Shown: positions 58,179 through 64,000 of the stretch, piece after piece | Position numbering within the stretch: the stretch's first letter is position 1 | Layout of the letters: every line of letters begins with the position of its first letter | Assembly: GCA_023253175.1 (NCBI GenBank) | Contig: JALRHH010000002.1 | Location: 199 to 64,198 of the forward strand | DNA from: Candidatus Saccharimonadia bacterium | GTDB lineage: Bacteria; Patescibacteriota; Saccharimonadia; Saccharimonadales; JALRHH01 | Direction of reading: 5' to 3' | Length of the DNA stretch: 64,000 bases | Notes under the pieces: generated by a model | Told to the model about the DNA's origin: nothing | The model's database searches: none | The model's input: the letters and a program-made list of their open reading frames with translations, nothing else | Translations under genes and position numbers: made by a program

Positions 58179-58928
58179 TTATGCGGCTCTTTTTGTTTTG
58201 CGGCGCGCCTTTTCGCCGCGCCTGCTCAAATGATCCGCCGCTTCGTCAATAAGGAACAGGCTCACGTCGTCCTGTGTTTTACCCTGTGCTTGGAATGGTG
58301 TGCTGATGACCTGGATCAACCGGAGCATGTAAACCAGAATAAAAGAGATAACAGCTGTAATAATAATTCCACCGGTCAGTGGTTCGATTTCTGTAAAGAG
58401 GATAAATGCAATAACAATTGGGATGATTGATTTCGCAAGAATCGATGCCGACGGAATGAAAGTAATCCGTTGAATATACGTTACGCGGAACAAGATCTTA
58501 AGGAGCTGAGCCTGTTGCTGCTTGAGTTTTACGATGTAATTTGGTGGTACGCCAGCCTTTTCCATCTCAACAAATAACTCATTCAGCCTATGAATATCGA
58601 ATCTTGCGGTGTGGTTTTTGTTCCTAATTCCGTCCCCGAATGACCGTGCGACATCTGACAAAATCGTTCTGAATTTCTCTAGATTAAACTTGGGGTACAC
58701 CGCATGTGTCGCCTCGGCGTCTTCGTACATATTCTCTAGAATCGAGGAGAATTCCGAAGGTACACGTTCACTCTCTTTATAGTCAGCAATGGTCGTTGAA
58801 AGCAAGAAACCGAGTACGAAGAACGTTCCCGTGATAACACCAGTGTGGAGCGAACCAAGCGTCAACACCTCGTTCCCAGTGTTATGTAGGATTATCTTAG
58901 CCACCACGACAATGATCGTTGCCAGCAA
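58179..58928 (-). CDS. integral membrane protein (possibly bestrophin/UPF0187-like)
   Basis: Two hydrophobic helices near the N-terminus, a ~110-aa soluble helical region, then two more TM helices. TTG start in the track, so the true start is uncertain. Confidence 0.45.
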   Translation of the reverse strand: MLATIIVVVAKIILHNTGNEVLTLGSLHTGVITGTFFVLGFLLSTTIADYKESERVPSEFSSILENMYEDAEATHAVYPKFNLEKFRTILSDVARSFGDGIRNKNHTARFDIHRLNELFVEMEKAGVPPNYIVKLKQQQAQLLKILFRVTYIQRITFIPSASILAKSIIPIVIAFILFTEIEPLTGGIIITAVISFILVYMLRLIQVISTPFQAQGKTQDDVSLFLIDEAADHLSRRGEKARRKTKRAA

Positions 58929-59065
58929 ACTGATAATAAAAATGTTAAAACGCGAAAGACTCAGGGTACACTCCTTTAGTTACTTTTAGTTTATATAGTA
59001 TACAAAACTACACGAAACAGCATTGTTATGTATCTTACACGTAATACTTAACATGTTAAGTATTA

Positions 59066-59632
59066 CTATTCAGCTGATTTTTCTTCAGATTTCTTGCGTT
59101 CTACCGGACTTGGTAGTGCCTTCTGCTGCGGAGCATCCGCGCCTTTTAGGGCCTGCTGCAAAAGCTCCACCAAATTAGCTGCGTGTTCTCTGCTCATGCC
59201 CAGGCGTGAAACCATGAGCGGCTGAGTTGCCGGACCGTTAGTCTGCATGAAGTTAAGCACCAATCCGTGCTGGTTCATGACGGCGTGTGCCATATCGGTA
59301 TAGATCACCCGAGCGTCAACTGGCATCACCATGACGGTGTTCTTAAGGCCGTTGTCGTCTCCAAGGCCGTCAAGCTTTTCGTAGCCAGCAAGCTCCCAGA
59401 GCTTCGTCGCTTCTTCTTCCTTAACCGCAAAATGGCTGATGAGCAAGAGCAGGATGTCTTCACTTGGGCGCTGTCGGCCTTGCTCAATTTCATCAATAAG
59501 ACTTAAGTCAACTTCAACACTGCCGGCAACCTCAGCAACACTTTCGCTGAGCGTTTCCCGCATCCGACGCAGGCGCGCGCCGAGTAATTTGTATGGTACC
59601 TCTGAGTTTGTGTCTGCCATGTCTATATCCAT
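59066..59632 (-). CDS. XRE-family HTH protein with a C-terminal domain
   Basis: LLGARLRRMRETLSESVAEVAGSVEVDLSLIDEIEQGRQRP is an HTH_XRE-type segment. Confidence 0.6.
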   Translation of the reverse strand: MDIDMADTNSEVPYKLLGARLRRMRETLSESVAEVAGSVEVDLSLIDEIEQGRQRPSEDILLLLISHFAVKEEEATKLWELAGYEKLDGLGDDNGLKNTVMVMPVDARVIYTDMAHAVMNQHGLVLNFMQTNGPATQPLMVSRLGMSREHAANLVELLQQALKGADAPQQKALPSPVERKKSEEKSAE

Positions 59633-59706
59633 GGTACACCGCTACCTGCCACGAAGCAACAGACCAGCTATCTTGAATCCAAAGACGTAGGCTATAATAA
59701 ATCTAT

Positions 59707-60732
59707 ATGTACATCCTAGAAAACGTCCCGCTTCGCAATTATTCAACTATGAGACTTGGTGGCACCGCCGCATTTCTAACAGAAGTAAACAATCGACATG
59801 AACTGGTTGAGGCAGCCGAGTGGGCAGCCGACAAGAACGTCCCAATCATGGTCATTGGCGAAGGCAGCAATATTATCTGGGATGATGACGGCTACCCCGG
59901 AATTGTCGTGGTTAATAAAATCACTGGTATCACCAGCAGTGGTGACTACGACACTGGCGTGTATATTACTGCCGCCAGCGGTGAAAACTGGGATAATTTC
60001 GTCGCCCATACGACAAAGCAAGGCCTTACCGGCATTGAATTTCTTTCCCTTATTCCTGGCACAGTTGGTGCAACCCCTGTTCAAAATGTTGGGGCGTACG
60101 GCGCAGAAGTATCAAGTACCATCACAACAATCGAGGCATACGATACCGTAGAAAAGAAACTGGTCATTTTAAGGGGTAGTGATTGTCAATTCGGCTACCG
60201 AACGAGCCGCTTTAAGACAACCGACAAAGGCAGGTATCTTATAACTGCAGTGACATTCTTCCTGCAAAAAGGCAGCCCAGAAGGACCGTTTTATGGAGCG
60301 CTTGAAACCTATTTACGCGAGCACAACATCACCGATATAGACCCAGGCACCATTAGGGAAGCAGTGATAGCAATTAGATCCAGTAAGCTGCCCGATCCGA
60401 AGCTCGTCGCCAACAACGGCTCGTTCTTCGCCAACCCAATTGTTGCTGCGGGCGAACTTACACAGCTACTGGCTGATTACCCGACTATACCGTACTGGGA
60501 GCTGGGGAACGAGCGAATTAAGTTATCTGCCGCCTGGCTGATTGAGCAAGCTGGCTTTAAGGATTACCACGACGAAGAGACTGGTATGGGGACATGGCCA
60601 AAGCAGCCACTTGTACTCGTCAACGAACACGCTGAAACCACAGCCCAACTAAAAGCATTCCGCAAAAAGATTTTAGACGCTGTTCATATCAAATTTGGCG
60701 TTACCCTCGAACAAGAACCCGAACTCGTTTAA
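59707..60732 (+). CDS. murB: UDP-N-acetylenolpyruvoylglucosamine reductase
   Basis: FAD-binding N-terminus (MRLGGTA..., VIGEGSNIIW), a GYRTSRFK block and the MurB C-terminal domain. Confidence 0.88.
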   Translation: MYILENVPLRNYSTMRLGGTAAFLTEVNNRHELVEAAEWAADKNVPIMVIGEGSNIIWDDDGYPGIVVVNKITGITSSGDYDTGVYITAASGENWDNFVAHTTKQGLTGIEFLSLIPGTVGATPVQNVGAYGAEVSSTITTIEAYDTVEKKLVILRGSDCQFGYRTSRFKTTDKGRYLITAVTFFLQKGSPEGPFYGALETYLREHNITDIDPGTIREAVIAIRSSKLPDPKLVANNGSFFANPIVAAGELTQLLADYPTIPYWELGNERIKLSAAWLIEQAGFKDYHDEETGMGTWPKQPLVLVNEHAETTAQLKAFRKKILDAVHIKFGVTLEQEPELV

Positions 60733-62012
60733 ACGTCGCTGGGGAGTGGGAATTGTTCCGCAAAGGTTTCGACTTCGATTCTTAACTTGTTAAGTGTTTC
60801 TTGGTCTTCCCTGGAGTCAATCGCCTGTTTCATCCATTCAGCAATTTGCTCCATATGCTCTTCCTTGAGACCACGAGACGTAATTGCCGGCGTACCGAGG
60901 CGTATGCCGCTCGGCCTAAATGGCGGCAACGGATCGTCTGCTACCGCATTTTTGTTGAGCGTAAGACCAATTTCATCGAGTGCAGTCTCTGCTACATTTC
61001 CGTCAATACCAAAGCTTTTGTGTACATCAGCCAAAATAAGGTGATTGCTTGTACCACCGGTGACGAGTTCGAAACCGCGCGCTTTCAGCGCATCCGCCAA
61101 AGCCGCTGCATTCTTTACAATCTGCTGTGCATAATCTTTGAATTCTGGCTGCAAGGCTTCACCAAATGCGACTGCCTTGGCTGCAATGACATGCATGTGT
61201 GGGCCGCCCTGCATTCCAGGGAAGATTGAACGATCAATCAGGGTTGGGATATTTTCGATGGTTTTTTCTGGGGCTTTCAGGGGATTACCGACCACGCCCT
61301 TACTCAAAATCAAGCCACCACGTGGACCACGCAGCGTCTTATGTGTGGTAGTGGTGATTACATGGAACCCGTAGTCAAACGGATTCTTTGCCACGCCGCC
61401 AACAATCAACCCCGCAATATGCGCCATATCCGCCATCAGTAGACACTGATCACCAACCTCTTTCGCAATAGCAGCGAACTTTTCGTAATCGAGTTCACGT
61501 GGATACGCACTGAAGCCGGCCAGGATAATCTTTGGCTTGTGTTCCAGGGCAAGTTCACGCAGCTCATCGTAATCAATCTCTCCGGTTGCAGGATCCTTCA
61601 TCTTGTAGCGGATGAAGTTATACAGCTTGGCACTACGGGTAACAGGCGCACCGTGTGTTAAGTGACCACCGTGGCCAAGGTCCATCGCGAGCACGGTATC
61701 ACCAGGCTCTAACCATGCGCTGTAGACCGCTTCGTTCGCAGGAGCACCAGAGTGTGGCTGCACGTTGGCATGATCTGCACCAAAGAGCTGCTTGGCACGA
61801 TCAATCGCAAGCTGTTCTACCTGATCAGTAAATTCCTGCCCGCCGTAGTAACGTCGACCCGGGTAACCTTCTGAATACTTGTTTGTAAAAACACTACCGA
61901 GTGCCGTCAGCACGTCACGGCTCACATAATTCTCTGATGGAATGAGTTCCAGACCCTTTCGCTGACGAGTCTCTTCTTTTTGTATCAAATCCCAAATAGT
62001 CGTGTCATTCAT
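60729..62012 (-). CDS. glyA: serine hydroxymethyltransferase
   Basis: LELIPSENY, GGHLTHG and the PLP-Lys block TTTHKTLRGPRGG. Confidence 0.93.
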   Translation of the reverse strand: MNDTTIWDLIQKEETRQRKGLELIPSENYVSRDVLTALGSVFTNKYSEGYPGRRYYGGQEFTDQVEQLAIDRAKQLFGADHANVQPHSGAPANEAVYSAWLEPGDTVLAMDLGHGGHLTHGAPVTRSAKLYNFIRYKMKDPATGEIDYDELRELALEHKPKIILAGFSAYPRELDYEKFAAIAKEVGDQCLLMADMAHIAGLIVGGVAKNPFDYGFHVITTTTHKTLRGPRGGLILSKGVVGNPLKAPEKTIENIPTLIDRSIFPGMQGGPHMHVIAAKAVAFGEALQPEFKDYAQQIVKNAAALADALKARGFELVTGGTSNHLILADVHKSFGIDGNVAETALDEIGLTLNKNAVADDPLPPFRPSGIRLGTPAITSRGLKEEHMEQIAEWMKQAIDSREDQETLNKLRIEVETFAEQFPLPSDV

Positions 62013-62185
62013 AGCTGTTCCCTCTTTGCTATGTATTGTACATGAGCGAAATAGCGGCTACTGATGTAGTTTTCGCTATAGACCCTAAAAGGGGTTGAAC
62101 GGCCAGTATATGGGCGTACAATAGGAGTAAGCACACGAAACTTCTCTTGATTATTTATATCCCCTGTGATATAATAAAAGACACT

Positions 62186-63706
62186 ATGTCTACTACGAAT
62201 GAAAAAATTGGTCAACTTATTTATCAAGTAAGGCAAGAACGCAGCATGACGCAAGCAGAGTTTGCGCGCAAGCTCGGCACCAGCCAATCTGCCGTAAATC
62301 GCATCGAACACGGCAAACAGAACCTCAGCCTTGAGACACTCGGCCGCATCAGCGATGTGCTTAAGAAGCCGCTCATCAGCCTCGGTACCAGCGCCGTTAA
62401 CCTCCGCATCGAAGGTGGCCGCGAACTGAGCGGCAGCATCAAAACTAATGTCTCAAAGAACGCAGCCGTTTGTCTGTTGTTCGCTGCGCTCCTTAATAAG
62501 GGTACGACCCGATTCAAGCACATGCCTCGCATCGAAGAGGTCTACCGAATTATCGAGGTACTTGTGAGCCTGGGCGTGTCCGTTAAATGGATGCCGGGCA
62601 ATGACCTGGAGATCAAGCCGCCAGCAGAGCTGAACCTCGCCAAAATGGACAAGACTGCAGCCCGCAAGACGCGCAGCGTCATTATGATGCTTGGCCCACT
62701 AATGCATCTGTTTGACGATTTCAAGATCCCGTACGCAGGTGGCTGTAAGCTCGGTACCCGTACCGTGCAGCCGCACCTCTTTGCACTTGAGGAATTTGGC
62801 GTCGATATTATCGCCAAGACTGGTCACTACCACGTAACTGTTAACAAGAAGCAGCCGGAAGAAATTGTTCTGTACGAATCTGGTGACACTACAACCGAAA
62901 ACGTTATTATGGCCGCCGCAAAATTTGAAGGCGAAGTTACGATCAAGATGGCCAGCGCCAACTACATGGTCCAGGACCTCTGTTTCTTCCTAAAGAAGCT
63001 TGGCGTTAAGATCGACGGCATCGGCACAAGTACGCTTCGCATTCGCGGCGTCAAGGACATCAAAAAGAACGTTACCTATTACCCAAGTGAAGACCCAATT
63101 GAATCAATGACTTTCGTAGCAGCAGCTGTTGCGACTAACTCGAAGCTTACGATTACGCGTTCCCCTATCGATTTTCTTGAGCTCGAACTTTTGAAGCTCA
63201 AGAAAATGGGTCTCAAGGTTGAAGTGTCAGAACGATACAAAGCCAACAACGGCCACACCGAACTTGCTGATGTGACAATTCACAAGCATGACGGAATGTT
63301 GAAGGCATTAGACGAAAAGATCTATGCCCGTCCATTCCCTGGACTGAACATCGATAACCTCCCATACTTTGTACCGGTTGCAGCAGTAGCAAAAGGCCGC
63401 ACCCTTATCCATGACTGGGTATACGAAGAGCGCGCACTTTACTACACCGAGATGCGAAAACTTGGTGCGAACGTCACCCTAGCCGATCCGCACCGTGCAT
63501 ACATTGATGGGCCAACTAAGTGGAGTGCCGCAGACATCGTATGTCCACCTGCACTTCGCCCCGCCGTGCTACTACTTATTGGTATGCTTGCAGCCAATGG
63601 CGTTTCAATTTTGCGGAACGTATACTCGATCAACCGTGGCTACGAAGATCTGGCGGAACGCCTCAACAGCGTTGGCGCAAGTATCACCGTTATGCACGAA
63701 CTTTAG
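62186..63706 (+). CDS. murA: UDP-N-acetylglucosamine 1-carboxyvinyltransferase with an N-terminal XRE-type HTH fusion
   Basis: Residues ~1-70 are IGQLIYQVRQERSMTQAEFARKLGTSQSAVNRIEHGKQNLSLETLGRISDVL (HTH_XRE). The MurA body follows: LRIEGGRELSGSI..., the catalytic-Cys loop GGCKLGTRTVQPH, and YEDLAERL. Confidence 0.85.
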   Translation: MSTTNEKIGQLIYQVRQERSMTQAEFARKLGTSQSAVNRIEHGKQNLSLETLGRISDVLKKPLISLGTSAVNLRIEGGRELSGSIKTNVSKNAAVCLLFAALLNKGTTRFKHMPRIEEVYRIIEVLVSLGVSVKWMPGNDLEIKPPAELNLAKMDKTAARKTRSVIMMLGPLMHLFDDFKIPYAGGCKLGTRTVQPHLFALEEFGVDIIAKTGHYHVTVNKKQPEEIVLYESGDTTTENVIMAAAKFEGEVTIKMASANYMVQDLCFFLKKLGVKIDGIGTSTLRIRGVKDIKKNVTYYPSEDPIESMTFVAAAVATNSKLTITRSPIDFLELELLKLKKMGLKVEVSERYKANNGHTELADVTIHKHDGMLKALDEKIYARPFPGLNIDNLPYFVPVAAVAKGRTLIHDWVYEERALYYTEMRKLGANVTLADPHRAYIDGPTKWSAADIVCPPALRPAVLLLIGMLAANGVSILRNVYSINRGYEDLAERLNSVGASITVMHEL

Positions 63707-63822
63707 TTCAAGATATTTTCAAGACCCGACTGATAGCCTGTCTTTAGATAGACGATATACCCTACCGCGATAGCCAGTAGTACCAGCAGGATAATTGTTC
63801 GGTGCCATTCTGTAAGTTTCAT
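63703..63822 (-). CDS. possible small membrane protein (39 aa)
   Basis: Below the track cutoff. MKLTEWHRTIILLVLLAIAVGYIVYLKTGYQSGLENILN. Its ATG overlaps the sortase stop (TAAATG). Confidence 0.3.
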   Translation of the reverse strand: MKLTEWHRTIILLVLLAIAVGYIVYLKTGYQSGLENILN

Positions 63823-64000
63823 TTATTCCACCACCAATCGTGCAGTTATAACCAATCGATCCTTCGCAGACCAGAGCGGTGTACAGGTATAAATTGTAAG
63901 GACGGGGGCAGTCGTTGGCGCAACCAATGAAGTATCGGTTGGTGGCACTACATTAGTTGCCTCAACAACATATTCGTAGCGCTTGCCCTCCCAGTATATG
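63823..64000 (-). CDS. sortase (C-terminal part; 5' end outside window)
   Basis: The minus strand translates to ...IYWEGKRYEYVVEATNVVPPTDTSLVAPTTAPVLTIYTCTPLWSAKDRLVITARLVVE-stop. It contains the sortase TLxTC active-site block. Confidence 0.7.
   Translation of the reverse strand, partial: IYWEGKRYEYVVEATNVVPPTDTSLVAPTTAPVLTIYTCTPLWSAKDRLVITARLVVE

Overview
64-kb window from a gene-dense, mostly minus-strand-coded, low-GC bacterial chromosome. Hand counts of single 60-nt lines give about 35-45% G+C. Gene content suggests a reduced-genome Patescibacteria/CPR organism such as a Saccharibacteria-like episymbiont; this is inference only. That content includes a partial F1Fo ATP synthase operon atpFHAGDC, pyk-pgk-tpiA, murA/B/D/I, folD/folE/folP/glyA, metG, pcrA, three NUDIX genes, many secreted or membrane-anchored hypothetical proteins, an LPXTG protein and a sortase. 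RNA genes read from the sequence are tmRNA (19766..20148, -), tRNA-Glu(UUC), tRNA-Lys(CUU) and tRNA-Arg(UCG). I saw no rRNA, CRISPR array or IS transposase. Four regions are most worth a second look. (1) A divergent locus at 34.9-44.1 kb. One arm encodes a LuxI/FeeM-like acyltransferase, a ThiF/E1-like adenylyltransferase and a polytopic histidine kinase, behind a consensus promoter followed at once by a terminator hairpin. The other arm encodes a NUDIX hydrolase, a 986-aa adenylate-kinase-like fusion protein and three tandem receiver-only response regulators. (2) A ~5.6-kb island integrated in the 3' end of tRNA-Lys by a large serine recombinase, carrying a four-gene cargo cassette of unknown function that could be a defence or abortive-infection module. 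(3) A ~1.3-kb block at 33.1-34.5 kb with a sharply higher GC and GC3 content, encoding one membrane-anchored Pro/Gly/Cys-rich protein with actinobacterial-style codon usage. It may be a transfer from an actinobacterial host, or an assembly chimera. (4) The gene in the position normally held by atpE encodes a secreted domain fused to a C-terminal hairpin that resembles an ATP synthase c subunit (RNP loop) but lacks the ion-binding carboxylate. All functional calls come from motifs read by eye; no database search was possible.
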